Shown: one piece after another, positions 8,460-16,638 of the stretch
Layout of the letters: the number at the start of each line of letters is the position of its first letter
Position numbering within the stretch: the first letter of the stretch is position 1
Source: a virus
Lineage: Duplodnaviria; Heunggongvirae; Uroviricota; Caudoviricetes
IMG/VR virus record: IMGVR_UViG_3300029190_000005
Length of the DNA: 37,783 nucleotides
Direction: 5' to 3' (one strand)
Notes under the pieces: generated by a model
Told to the model about the DNA's origin: nothing
Databases searched by the model: none
The model's input: the letters and a program-made list of their open reading frames with translations, nothing else
Made by a program: the position numbers and the translations under genes

Positions 8460-8474
8460 TTACCTAAGGGGTAA
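8460..8474. promoter_or_regulatory. Operator-like palindrome TTACCTAAGGGGTAA overlapping an RBS
   Basis: Perfect site; centre 62 bp from the 8398-8412 site; overlaps the SD (AAGGGG) of the gene starting at 8478. Confidence 0.55.
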
Positions 8475-8477
8475 ATC

Positions 8478-8825
8478 ATGAGAAAACAGATACAGGCTCT
8501 TGGTCGACTCAAAACAGGCCAGATGAACAAAACAGAATCTGCGTATTGCCAGCACCTTGAGCTGCGTAAACGTGCAGGGGAAATCGCCTGGTATCGATTC
8601 GAGGGTATCAAGCTGCGGTTAGCTAATAACACGTTCTATACGCCCGATTTCGCTGTGATGCTCGCCACCGGCGAGATGGAGCTGCACGAAGTGAAAGGGG
8701 GATTCTGGACCGATGACGCCAGAGTGAAAACCAAAGTCGCCGCAGATCAGTATCCGTTCCGAATCATCGGGGTAACGGTTAAACCAAAGAAAGCAGGTGG
8801 TGGCTGGAACATCGAAGAGTTCTGA
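8478..8825 (+). CDS. DUF1064-like phage protein (nin-region type)
   Basis: 115 aa; motifs (AWYRFEGIKLRLANNTFYTPDFAV...HEVKGGFWTDDARVKTKVAADQYP) resemble the DUF1064 family from memory. Confidence 0.5.
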   Translation: MRKQIQALGRLKTGQMNKTESAYCQHLELRKRAGEIAWYRFEGIKLRLANNTFYTPDFAVMLATGEMELHEVKGGFWTDDARVKTKVAADQYPFRIIGVTVKPKKAGGGWNIEEF

Positions 8826-8886
8826 ATCGACGATCTATTTAGTTATCAATGTAATCAATAAGTTATGTGGATAAGCGAGGGTAAAG

Positions 8887-9366
8887 ATGGAAAGTAATAT
8901 CAAAGGGTTAGTTGCCGCCGGGCATGAGATGGCTTCGGAACTGAAAGCAGAATGTGGTGCCGTTGATATGCGCAGTGTGGCAAAGCTGATCAGCGATTTG
9001 GCAACGCAACTGGAAGTGCAACTGGTGCGTGCTAATGCGCTGGCGGCGGAGAGTGCGGCAATGCATGAAACTATTGAAGCCGTTCGGAGTGTTGCGGATA
9101 ACTCCAGTGGAATTGCCGGATGGCATTTGAATGGCGATATCGCTACATGGGAAGAGATTCTTCCTGAAATTAACGATATCGAAACTCCAGCCACCGATGC
9201 TTTCCTGGCTGAAGTACGTGCGCAGGCGTTTAATGACCTTTGCTCGGCGTTCGTTAAACACGCGAATCTCGCGGGAATGGATGATGGTGAGCTAGTGAGG
9301 CTTAAATATGCGACGGACGCCCTGCTGCATTGTGCGGAACAGCTTCGCAAAGGAGGCAACCAGTGA
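8887..9366 (+). CDS. Hypothetical phage protein
   Basis: 159-aa ORF with SD (GAGGGTAAAG) before the ATG; co-directional operon context. Confidence 0.5.
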   Translation: MESNIKGLVAAGHEMASELKAECGAVDMRSVAKLISDLATQLEVQLVRANALAAESAAMHETIEAVRSVADNSSGIAGWHLNGDIATWEEILPEINDIETPATDAFLAEVRAQAFNDLCSAFVKHANLAGMDDGELVRLKYATDALLHCAEQLRKGGNQ

Positions 9367-9908
9367 GTGTAACGGTTGAAAAGATTGATGTGTTGTCATT
9401 CGTTATAACCGGTGCAGAGAGACTAGATCCGGTTCGAGTGATGATTGAAAACTATGAACCTGGAAAGGGAAGAATCACCATCACCTGCTACGGAAAAGCG
9501 TGGACTGCGGCTTGGTTTGCTATGGGCGGTGATGATGTGCAGACGTTCATTAAGCGAGTCAGCAACGACTATCTAATCGACAATTTCGACCCTCAACTGC
9601 GAAGCACGGTCGACGATGACAACGATGCAAATCTGCTTTTCGTGAAGTCAGAAATCATAAAGTTACGAAGAGAGAGAGAAATCGACGCCGTACTGGCTCG
9701 CGAAATGTGGTACGAGGCGGAAAACGCCGATGACGTAAAAGAAAGCTGCTGCTGTTTCGGCGTCGGTAACAAACTACTGAATCTCTTTGGTGATGAGCCG
9801 TGGTATGCCAACTGGCCAACGATACCAAACCCGAAATACCAGTATCTGGAACGCGTACTTAATGCAGTGAGAGACGGTCTTAAGCAAATAGAGAAGGTGG
9901 AACCATGA
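9363..9908 (+). CDS. Hypothetical phage protein
   Basis: GTG at 9363 preceded by GGAGG; overlaps the previous stop. Confidence 0.5.
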   Translation: MSVTVEKIDVLSFVITGAERLDPVRVMIENYEPGKGRITITCYGKAWTAAWFAMGGDDVQTFIKRVSNDYLIDNFDPQLRSTVDDDNDANLLFVKSEIIKLRREREIDAVLAREMWYEAENADDVKESCCCFGVGNKLLNLFGDEPWYANWPTIPNPKYQYLERVLNAVRDGLKQIEKVEP

Positions 9909-10204
9909 CTGTATGTCTTATTGATAAACGTCGACGTGGGCAACAAATACCATCTGTTGAAATGCCGAATCACACATGGTTTTGCGTACTTGATATCGAT
10001 GGCATGGATAAGTTTGTTGACACTCGTCATTACTGCGATACCGCAACAGCTACTCCGGCGAAAGCAAAGAAAATGGCTGCTCTGATAGAAAACTGGACTC
10101 CACCTGATGGTTGGTGCAATGGGAATGATCGGGATTGGCATGAAAAAATGAAGGGCTATATCTGCGATTTTTTACGTAAATGCAACGGATTCAGGGTGAT
10201 GTGA
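9905..10204 (+). CDS. Hypothetical phage protein
   Basis: 99-aa ORF overlapping the previous stop (ATGA). Confidence 0.45.
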   Translation: MTVCLIDKRRRGQQIPSVEMPNHTWFCVLDIDGMDKFVDTRHYCDTATATPAKAKKMAALIENWTPPDGWCNGNDRDWHEKMKGYICDFLRKCNGFRVM

Positions 10205-10205
10205 C

Positions 10206-10970
10206 ATGAGCAAGATTGACTATCAGGCACTGCGTGCCAAGGCAGAAAAAGCAACGTGTGGTGTATGGTCGCTCGAATATGGAGAGAGCCGATTTGATGG
10301 TGATGATGCGCTAATTCATCGTGAAGTTGCTGGATATATTCCTATTTGCAGAATTGAAGGAGCGCATCCAGAAAGCGGTTTCGATGAAGATTTCCAAATG
10401 GAACAGCAGGCCAATGCTGAATTCATCGCCGCAGCCAGTCCATCTACCGTGCTGGCACTGCTGGATGAACGGGAAAGAAACCAGCAATACATCAAACACC
10501 GTGACCAGGAGAACGAGGATATTGCGCTAACGGTAGGGAAGCTGCGTGTTGAGCTTGAGGAAGCAAAATCAAAACTCAACGAGCAACGCGAGTATTACGA
10601 AGGTGTTATCTCGGATGGAAGTAAGCGTATTGCTGAACTGGAGAAAAGCGAAGAGCAACTCATTAACGAGCGTGACCATGCTGAGTCTGCTTTAGCTGAT
10701 ATGTATTTTGCAGCAACCGGGGATAGGCCTGAGTGGAGTAACTGGTTCGGTTTTTCAGATGCAGTAGATGCCGTAGTTGACAGAATTGCTGATTTAGAAG
10801 CTAAACAGCCATCGCCAGTAGTACCTGAAGGACTGATTAAAGCGGTGCGTTTTTATGAGCAGGTAAAACGTGAGAACCCGCCAGTCGAAACCGGAGCATG
10901 GAAAGACGCTGTTGACTGGGTGCTCAAAGAGGCTTGCCAGGCTGTAAACATTGGCATCAAAGGAGAGTGA
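10206..10970 (+). CDS. Ea22-like family protein
   Basis: N-terminus MSKIDYQALRAKAEKATCGVWSL... and the acidic coiled-coil middle resemble Ea22-like prophage proteins. Confidence 0.55.
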   Translation: MSKIDYQALRAKAEKATCGVWSLEYGESRFDGDDALIHREVAGYIPICRIEGAHPESGFDEDFQMEQQANAEFIAAASPSTVLALLDERERNQQYIKHRDQENEDIALTVGKLRVELEEAKSKLNEQREYYEGVISDGSKRIAELEKSEEQLINERDHAESALADMYFAATGDRPEWSNWFGFSDAVDAVVDRIADLEAKQPSPVVPEGLIKAVRFYEQVKRENPPVETGAWKDAVDWVLKEACQAVNIGIKGE

Positions 10971-10971
10971 T

Positions 10972-11487
10972 ATGGCGTTAACACACCGCGAACTCTGTCA
11001 GATTGCGTACAAGTTCCTTAAGCGCAACGGGTTCAAGGTTTGTTTTCATGACCGCTTTATAGCTGTAACCAGTACCGGAGAACAGCCAGATGCTATGGGA
11101 TTCAGAAATTCAGCATCATGCCTGATAGAGGCGAAGTGTTCTCGTGCTGACTTGTTGGCAGATAGAAAAAAGCGTTTTCGTAAAAATCCGTCTCTTGGAA
11201 TGGGCGACTGGCGATTCTTTATTAGTGAGCCAGGAATTATTTCAATTGAGGATTTACCACCTGGCTGGGGATTACTTCACGTTGTTAACGGAAGAGTACG
11301 GAAAGTACATGGGTGGCCCAAGGGTAATTGCTGTTGGGGTAATCCTGACGATAAGCCATTTACTGGAAATAAGCAGGTTGAATGCGATTACATGTTATCT
11401 GCATTAAGGCGCATGGAGTTGAGAGGGCACCTTAATGAAATATATGACGGTGTAATTGTTAATAAGAAAGAAGGAAACGCAGCATGA
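10972..11487 (+). CDS. Hypothetical protein, possible PD-(D/E)XK-type nuclease fold
   Basis: ATG at 10972 with AAGGAGAG upstream; candidate catalytic arrangement D (EQPDAMGF) ... E-x-K (LIEAKCS). Weak inference. Confidence 0.4.
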   Translation: MALTHRELCQIAYKFLKRNGFKVCFHDRFIAVTSTGEQPDAMGFRNSASCLIEAKCSRADLLADRKKRFRKNPSLGMGDWRFFISEPGIISIEDLPPGWGLLHVVNGRVRKVHGWPKGNCCWGNPDDKPFTGNKQVECDYMLSALRRMELRGHLNEIYDGVIVNKKEGNAA

Positions 11488-12413
11488 TCACTATTACCAA
11501 AGAACGCCTGCTGACAATCCAGCAGTGGCGCGAAACATACGGACCTGGTAGCAACGTTGTACTGCCAGCAGAAGAAGCGGAAGAACTGGCACGAATTGCT
11601 CTGGCATCGCTGGAGCAGAATGCACTATCTGGCAACTCTCGGCTTATTCCTGGTGAAGTGTTGTCCGCAATCCGGGAGGTTGCCAAGATTCGTGCCGATT
11701 TCGATGATTTTGACGGTGACAGGCGAGGTATCGGTGATTGTCTGGATGAGGCCGAGCAAGAGCTTATCGTTACCATTAACAAATATGCCAGTCAGTTGGC
11801 AGCAGAACCGATAGCGACTAATGACGTTCGAGAGCAGCAGACAGCCGTTCCGCCAGTTCCGGAAATACAGGATGATGTCGCGCAAGCAATTGAAAATCTC
11901 AAGCAGAAGTTAGTGGAATGCAATCGCTATAACTACTGCGCAGATGCAGTTAAAGGCGTAGAGGATGCCTGCCACGCTGCCATGCTTCATAGTGCCGAAC
12001 CTGCAAGTAATCATGAAGAGTTGCCGCTTGATTATCTCCAAGGTCAAAAAGATGGTCTTGAATGGGCTGCGCAGCTTGCAGAAGCAAATCACCCACAAAC
12101 TGGCGACTGGCTTTACGATGACCCGCTGGAGGTGGCTAAAGCTATCAGAAAAGGTCCTGACATGCCCGAATTCGATGGACCAACTCCGGCAACTCCGGAT
12201 GGTTGGATAAGCTGTAGTGAGCGAATGCCGAACGATAAACAGTATGTTTGGTGTTGGGGTAAGTCTTACGGCTGGACTGAGTGCGATACCTTCGAAGGGT
12301 ATTACGATTGGTCGAGAAACAAATGGTGGGCAGTTACTGACGATGGGGAAGAACCGGCATCGAAAGTAACCCACTGGATGCCGCTACCAGAACCGCCGCA
12401 GGAGGTGAAGTGA
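11484..12413 (+). CDS. DUF551-like domain protein
   Basis: C-terminus ...WISCSERMPNDKQYVWCW...HWMPLPEPP matches the DUF551 signature as I recall it. Confidence 0.55.
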   Translation: MITITKERLLTIQQWRETYGPGSNVVLPAEEAEELARIALASLEQNALSGNSRLIPGEVLSAIREVAKIRADFDDFDGDRRGIGDCLDEAEQELIVTINKYASQLAAEPIATNDVREQQTAVPPVPEIQDDVAQAIENLKQKLVECNRYNYCADAVKGVEDACHAAMLHSAEPASNHEELPLDYLQGQKDGLEWAAQLAEANHPQTGDWLYDDPLEVAKAIRKGPDMPEFDGPTPATPDGWISCSERMPNDKQYVWCWGKSYGWTECDTFEGYYDWSRNKWWAVTDDGEEPASKVTHWMPLPEPPQEVK

Positions 12414-12535
12414 TGAACAAGTGCAACGCTCTGCTTTATGCCATGGTGATTGGTTTCGGCCTGGTTGCTGGTATCCGGGTTTATATTACCTGGGAGTCAT
12501 TAATCAATCTGGCGTGGAGTGCGATTCGTGGCTAA
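12413..12535 (+). CDS. Small hydrophobic peptide (40 aa), putative membrane peptide
   Basis: My own translation: MNKCNALLYAMVIGFGLVAGIRVYITWESLINLAWSAIRG*; strong SD GGAGGTG about 6 nt upstream; overlaps the previous stop. Confidence 0.35.
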   Translation: MNKCNALLYAMVIGFGLVAGIRVYITWESLINLAWSAIRG

Positions 12536-12830
12536 ATCCCCCGCAGAACGCAAAGCCGCGCAGCGCGCTCGGCAGTCCGCCGCCGGTGAGCGCAAAATTG
12601 AACTGGTGCTGGATAAGCAGGAGCAGGAAATGCTGGCGCGGAACTGCGCCGCCCGGCGCCCTGGTCGCGATCCCTATGAAATGGCCGAGTACATCGCGCT
12701 GCTGATCCGCCAGGATGATGCACGTGTGCGCGGGCGTATAAAATCGATCAGCAGAAACTTTGCGGTAAGTGCGGCGAGAGAGTTCCCGTTAATTCATGCC
12801 CGTGTAATGGTGACTCGCAATGCTGGGTGA
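12528..12830 (+). CDS. Hypothetical basic protein, last gene before the terminase region
   Basis: GTG at 12528 with GGAG upstream; sequence AKSPAERKAAQRARQSAAGERKIELVLDKQEQEML...; locally GC-rich. Function unknown. Confidence 0.4.
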   Translation: MAKSPAERKAAQRARQSAAGERKIELVLDKQEQEMLARNCAARRPGRDPYEMAEYIALLIRQDDARVRGRIKSISRNFAVSAAREFPLIHARVMVTRNAG

Positions 12831-12914
12831 CTAAAGGCTGGCATGAAACGAAATTAATAGTGTGACATGTCACGAGTAGATTATGCATGATGAATTTGAT
12901 GGGTTTTGAATACT

Positions 12915-12940
12915 GCCGCCAACTATGGCGGCTTTATTTT
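12915..12940 (+). terminator. Rho-independent terminator just upstream of the terminase genes
   Basis: Hairpin GCCGCC (12915-12920) / GGCGGC (12927-12932) followed by TTTATTTT. Confidence 0.5.
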
Positions 12941-12951
12941 GCATGGTACTA

Positions 12952-12966
12952 TTACCACAACGGTAA
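12952..12966. promoter_or_regulatory. Operator-like palindrome TTACCACAACGGTAA before small terminase
   Basis: Perfect TTACC-N5-GGTAA, 9 nt before the proposed terS ATG. Confidence 0.55.
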
Positions 12967-12974
12967 CAATTACC

Positions 12975-13580
12975 ATGGTGGTTATGATGCCTGCTGAACC
13001 TAAAACCTATAAACGCAAATCAACGCAATTTAAGCCACTAACCGCAATGCAGGAGGCTTATTGCCAGTCATACATCAAAACGCCTGAAAACCAGACTCAG
13101 GCAGCGATTAACGCAGGATTCTCCCCAAATACAGCGGCAGTTAAAGCCAGTGTCATGATGCGCGATGAACGCATTCAAAAACGGATTGCCGAGTTGATGG
13201 AGGAGCGCAACAAACGAATGCGCGTCAGTGCCGATTACGTTCTCATGCGCCTGGTGGAGATCGACCAGATGGACGTGATTGATATCCTCAATGACGATGG
13301 GAGCCTTAAGCCAATCCGCGAGTGGCCGAAAATCTGGCGCACTACGCTTAGTGGCTTTGATCTGTCATCGACCATCATGAACATGAACGAGGATTCGATA
13401 GAGACAATTCTCAAAAAAATTAAATGGCCTGACAAGGTGAAGAACCTCGAACTGATTGGTAAGCACGTCGACGTCAATGCATTCAAAGAACGCCTGGATG
13501 TTAATGTGAATGTGACAATTGCTGATCGCATAGCGGCAGCCAGGAAGCGACTCAAAGAACGTCAGGATGGTAATCAGTGA
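12975..13580 (+). CDS. Terminase small subunit
   Basis: About 200 aa directly upstream of and overlapping the large terminase; basic N-terminus with HTH-like segment (TAMQEAYCQSYIKTPENQTQAAINAGFS). Exact start uncertain (ATG at 12975, 12984 or 12987). Confidence 0.65.
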   Translation: MVVMMPAEPKTYKRKSTQFKPLTAMQEAYCQSYIKTPENQTQAAINAGFSPNTAAVKASVMMRDERIQKRIAELMEERNKRMRVSADYVLMRLVEIDQMDVIDILNDDGSLKPIREWPKIWRTTLSGFDLSSTIMNMNEDSIETILKKIKWPDKVKNLELIGKHVDVNAFKERLDVNVNVTIADRIAAARKRLKERQDGNQ

Positions 13581-15046
13581 CAGATACAGCGTTATCTCCT
13601 GAAGAGCAGTTGATCGAGGATATTGCAGGGTTCACTCACGATCCGCTTGGCTATGCCCTCTATGCGTTCCCGTGGGGGGAAGAGGGGACTGAACTGGCAC
13701 ATGCTACCGGCCCACGTCAGTGGCAGGCTGATGCGTTCCGAGAGATACGTGATCACCTGCAGAATCCAGAGACGCGCTATCAGCCGCTTATGCTGGCACG
13801 CGCTTCTGGTCACGGTATTGGTAAATCCGCATTCATCTCAATGCTGATCAACTGGGGCATGTCCACTTGCGAGGATTGTAAGGTCGTGGTGACCGCCAAC
13901 ACCGACAACCAGCTACGAACGAAGACCTGGCCGGAAATTATCAAGTGGTCGAACCTTGCTATCACGAAAGACTGGTTTACCTGTACCGCTACTGCGATGT
14001 ACAGCAATGATCCTGGGCACGACAAGCGGTGGCGAGCTGACGCAATCCCCTGGTCTGAGCACAACACTGAGGCATTCGCCGGACTACACAACGAGCGCAA
14101 ACGCATCATCGTGGTATTCGATGAAGCGTCGAACATTGCGGATCTGGTGTGGGAAGTTGCTGAGGGTGCGCTTACGGACGAAGACACTGAGATTATCTGG
14201 GTGGCGTTCGGAAACCCTACACGTAATACCGGGCGTTTTCGCGAATGTTTCCGCAAATACAAACACCGCTGGAAAACTGCGCAGATTGACAGCCGGACGG
14301 TGGAAGGTACTAACAAACAGCAGTTGCAGAAATGGGTTGATGACTACGGGGAAGACAGCGACTTCGTTAAAATCCGTGTGCGCGGCATATTCCCTGATGC
14401 ATCTGAATTGCAGTTTATCCCTACCGGTCTTACTGATGAGGCAATGAAACGGGTGGTAACCGCTGCGCAGGTTGCACATGCTCCGGTGATAATCGGCGTT
14501 GACCCGGCATACTCCGGAGTTGATGACGCTGTGATATACCTGCGGCAGGGGCTGCACAGTAAGGTGCTGTGGACTGGCAACAAGACCACTGACGATCTGA
14601 TAATGGCGAAGCGTATCGCTGACTTTGAAGACCAGTACCAGGCTGACGCAGTGTTCATCGACTTCGGTTACGGAACTGGTCTGAAGTCAATCGGTGACGG
14701 CTGGGGTCGTACATGGCAACTTGTTCCGTTCGGTGGCGCGTCTACTGACCCGCAGATGCTCAACAAGCGTGGGGAGATGTTCAACTCATGCAAGACATGG
14801 CTGAGGCTGGGCGGGATGCTGGATGACCAGGAAACAGCAGACGACCTGTCGACGGCAGAGTACAAAGTTCGCGTGGACGGTAAAATCGTTATCGAACCGA
14901 AGGAAGATATCAAAGAGCGACTTGGGCGTTCGCCGGGTAAAGGTGATGCGCTGCTGCTAACGTTCGCCTTCCCGGTAGCCAAGAAAACTAATGACCCACG
15001 GCAGCAGCAGGGGAAAGCTATTACTGAGTACGATCCGTTTTCATAA
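13577..15046 (+). CDS. Terminase large subunit
   Basis: 489 aa; candidate Walker A GHGIGKS, ATPase motif VVFDEAS, and a C-terminal nuclease-like region with conserved acidic residues; GTG start overlaps the terS stop. Confidence 0.85.
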   Translation: MTDTALSPEEQLIEDIAGFTHDPLGYALYAFPWGEEGTELAHATGPRQWQADAFREIRDHLQNPETRYQPLMLARASGHGIGKSAFISMLINWGMSTCEDCKVVVTANTDNQLRTKTWPEIIKWSNLAITKDWFTCTATAMYSNDPGHDKRWRADAIPWSEHNTEAFAGLHNERKRIIVVFDEASNIADLVWEVAEGALTDEDTEIIWVAFGNPTRNTGRFRECFRKYKHRWKTAQIDSRTVEGTNKQQLQKWVDDYGEDSDFVKIRVRGIFPDASELQFIPTGLTDEAMKRVVTAAQVAHAPVIIGVDPAYSGVDDAVIYLRQGLHSKVLWTGNKTTDDLIMAKRIADFEDQYQADAVFIDFGYGTGLKSIGDGWGRTWQLVPFGGASTDPQMLNKRGEMFNSCKTWLRLGGMLDDQETADDLSTAEYKVRVDGKIVIEPKEDIKERLGRSPGKGDALLLTFAFPVAKKTNDPRQQQGKAITEYDPFS

Positions 15047-15050
15047 AGTT

Positions 15051-15656
15051 TTAAGCAGCATTGTCTGTGTTGCGATTGTTCCTTGAGTTAAACTTATTTG
15101 CAATTCTGGTATTGGATTTTATTTTTTCTTCTGCAAGTTCTTTTTCAAGCGCCATTATTTTTTCAATAAGGGAATCTCTTTCCTGCAAAAAAGAATTCAA
15201 AGACTCTTGGTGCTTGATTAAATCATTTTTATAGAATTGAATCTCAGACTCAAACTCAACCTTAACTCTGTCGTATGTAATGTCCCTTTGTGCCTCAAGC
15301 TTACGCAATTCTATGGCGTTTTTAACATCCCTGAGGCTTTTGTTGTGTTTGAAGTTATCGATGTTCTGTAGTGGAATTTTTTGAAACATCACCACTATAT
15401 TGTTAAACCATGGAACTATTACACACAGCGCGAATGCACATAAAGCTGGATATAAGAGTGAGTGGTACGCATCACTATGGGAAGATATATAATTTATTTT
15501 TTCTTCAATTCCTGACTTACTGAAGAATAAAAATAATAGTGGATTCCAGTTAAAAGAACACCACGAAAACACAAATGCCCCAAGTGCTGGGTTGCGGACT
15601 CTCTCTGACGCTGTGCTAATAGCCGATGATGCGATCTCTTTAAATTGCTCGAACAT
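15051..15656 (-). CDS. AT-rich moron: membrane protein with C-terminal coiled coil (unknown function)
   Basis: 201 aa on the opposite strand to the flanking late genes; markedly AT-rich; two hydrophobic segments (GAFVFSWCSFNWNPLLFLFF, LLYPALCAFALCVIVPWFNNIVVMF) then a charged heptad-like region; operator-like site just upstream. Confidence 0.55.
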   Translation of the reverse strand: MFEQFKEIASSAISTASERVRNPALGAFVFSWCSFNWNPLLFLFFSKSGIEEKINYISSHSDAYHSLLYPALCAFALCVIVPWFNNIVVMFQKIPLQNIDNFKHNKSLRDVKNAIELRKLEAQRDITYDRVKVEFESEIQFYKNDLIKHQESLNSFLQERDSLIEKIMALEKELAEEKIKSNTRIANKFNSRNNRNTDNAA

Positions 15657-15688
15657 GTCTAAACCAGATGTTAAATGTTTTTGTTATC

Positions 15689-15703
15689 TTACCTTCAAGG
15701 TAA
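15689..15703. promoter_or_regulatory. Operator-like palindrome TTACCTTCAAGGTAA upstream of the moron
   Basis: Perfect TTACC-N5-GGTAA, 33 nt upstream of the moron ATG. Confidence 0.55.
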
Positions 15704-15718
15704 CGTTCAGTCACCAGG

Positions 15719-15743
15719 CAAAAAAATGCCCGGCGAACCGGGC
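15719..15743 (-). terminator. Rho-independent terminator downstream of the tRNA
   Basis: Minus strand reads GCCCGG-TTCG-CCGGGC followed by ATTTTTTT. Confidence 0.55.
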
Positions 15744-15907
15744 GAACTGGAAGCAATGAGTTATGCCTTCCGTGGCTGTACTGGTTTACAGCATGAAGTC
15801 ATCGCAATGGCGTCCTGCTGTAAAAAGGGCGGTGATAGTCCTTCAAGGGAAACAGTCACCGCCAATCCCCTGGAACTTCTGGCATCACGGTCCTTAGGCG
15901 TGATTCT

Positions 15908-15983
15908 GGCGTGGCATGCAGGATTCGAACCTGCGACCAACCGCTTAGAAGGCGGTTGCTCTGTCCAACTGAGCTAATGCCAC
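15908..15983 (-). tRNA. tRNA-Arg (anticodon UCU)
   Basis: Minus-strand 76-nt sequence GTGGCATTAGCTCAGTTGGACAGAGCAACCGCCTTCTAAGCGGTTGGTCGCAGGTTCGAATCCTGCATGCCACGCCA folds by hand into a cloverleaf: 7-bp acceptor stem, D-arm GCTC/GAGC, anticodon stem ACCGC/GCGGT with loop CTTCTAA, T-arm GCAGG-TTCGAAT-CCTGC, encoded CCA. Confidence 0.85.
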
Positions 15984-16312
15984 AACGCTGAGAGCACTGG
16001 TTTGGCTCGATATCAGGTAGGGTGGAACAGCCCGCTAATATCCAATGCTCTCATCGTTGTACCCTCGTCTCTTCCGAGGCGTCACACCGAATCGCCGGGA
16101 TGGTGAATCCCCGTGCGCGGAATAAAACCGCTCGACTTGCACATTCCGGCTACCTGGTTCGTTTGCCCGAGCAAGGGAGGGTGCCCCTTAAACGTATCCA
16201 GACCGCTATCGTCGCATGTGCCATACGCCGTACTGCTCAAAATAAAAGCTCACTCCACCTGTTCAATTTAACGACAAGCCAGTCAGGTTAGTAACCGGAA
16301 TGAACTCTTTGG

Positions 16313-16327
16313 TTACCTTAAAGGTAA
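16313..16327. promoter_or_regulatory. Operator-like palindrome TTACCTTAAAGGTAA
   Basis: Perfect site between the tRNA leader region and the head-gene block. Confidence 0.55.
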
Positions 16328-16417
16328 TAATTCGTGCATTAAATGTCAACTGTCTACGATAAATAAATCATATGTGGTTAAATTGGTAATAATTTAATTG
16401 CGTACGGAGTCATTGAT

Positions 16418-16624
16418 ATGTGCATGGGTAGCTCACCATCAGTGCCTGCAACACCAGAAGTTCAGGCAGCACCACAGGAGCAGGATGCCGCCGTTGTTGA
16501 TGCCCGCGACGAAGAAACTCGTCGCCGTCGCGCTGCTGCTGGTCGTAGTTCTACGCTGCTTACCGGTTCTCAGGGCGACACATCAACCGCTAATACCAGC
16601 GGTAAAACGCTGCTTGGTCAGTAA
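16418..16624 (+). CDS. Small hypothetical protein preceding portal
   Basis: 68 aa (MCMGSSPSVPATPEVQAAPQEQDAAVVDARDEETRRRRAAAGRSSTLL...); GGAG 9 nt upstream; low complexity. Confidence 0.45.
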   Translation: MCMGSSPSVPATPEVQAAPQEQDAAVVDARDEETRRRRAAAGRSSTLLTGSQGDTSTANTSGKTLLGQ

Positions 16625-16638
16625 CCGGAGTCATTGAA

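Noticed and set aside
8866-8874. Perfect DnaA box TGTGGATAA upstream of the 8887 gene
   Set aside because: Single isolated 9-mer with no clustered boxes or AT-rich unwinding element; could easily be chance.
8835-9359. Long antisense ORFs inside confidently called genes (for example 8835..9359, 13810..14316, 17770..18192, 18743..19324, 21546..22250, 22551..22940)
   Set aside because: Each is fully embedded opposite a gene with clear homology or operon context, has no convincing RBS and shows low-complexity translation.
12421-12723. ORFs 12421..12705 (+) and 12532..12723 (-) in the GC-rich patch
   Set aside because: They overlap the better-supported 12528..12830 frame and probably arise from local high GC content, which lengthens random ORFs.
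8360-12975. Q antiterminator, holin/endolysin/spanin cassette, or toxin cargo (for example stx) between the replication genes and terminase
   Set aside because: None of the ORFs in this interval shows the size, motifs or membrane topology expected; a lysis cassette, if present, must lie beyond the window.
15675-16291. ORFs 15675..15977 and 16022..16291 in the tRNA region
   Set aside because: The first overlaps the tRNA and its terminator; the second lies in the tRNA leader with no RBS and an improbable translation.
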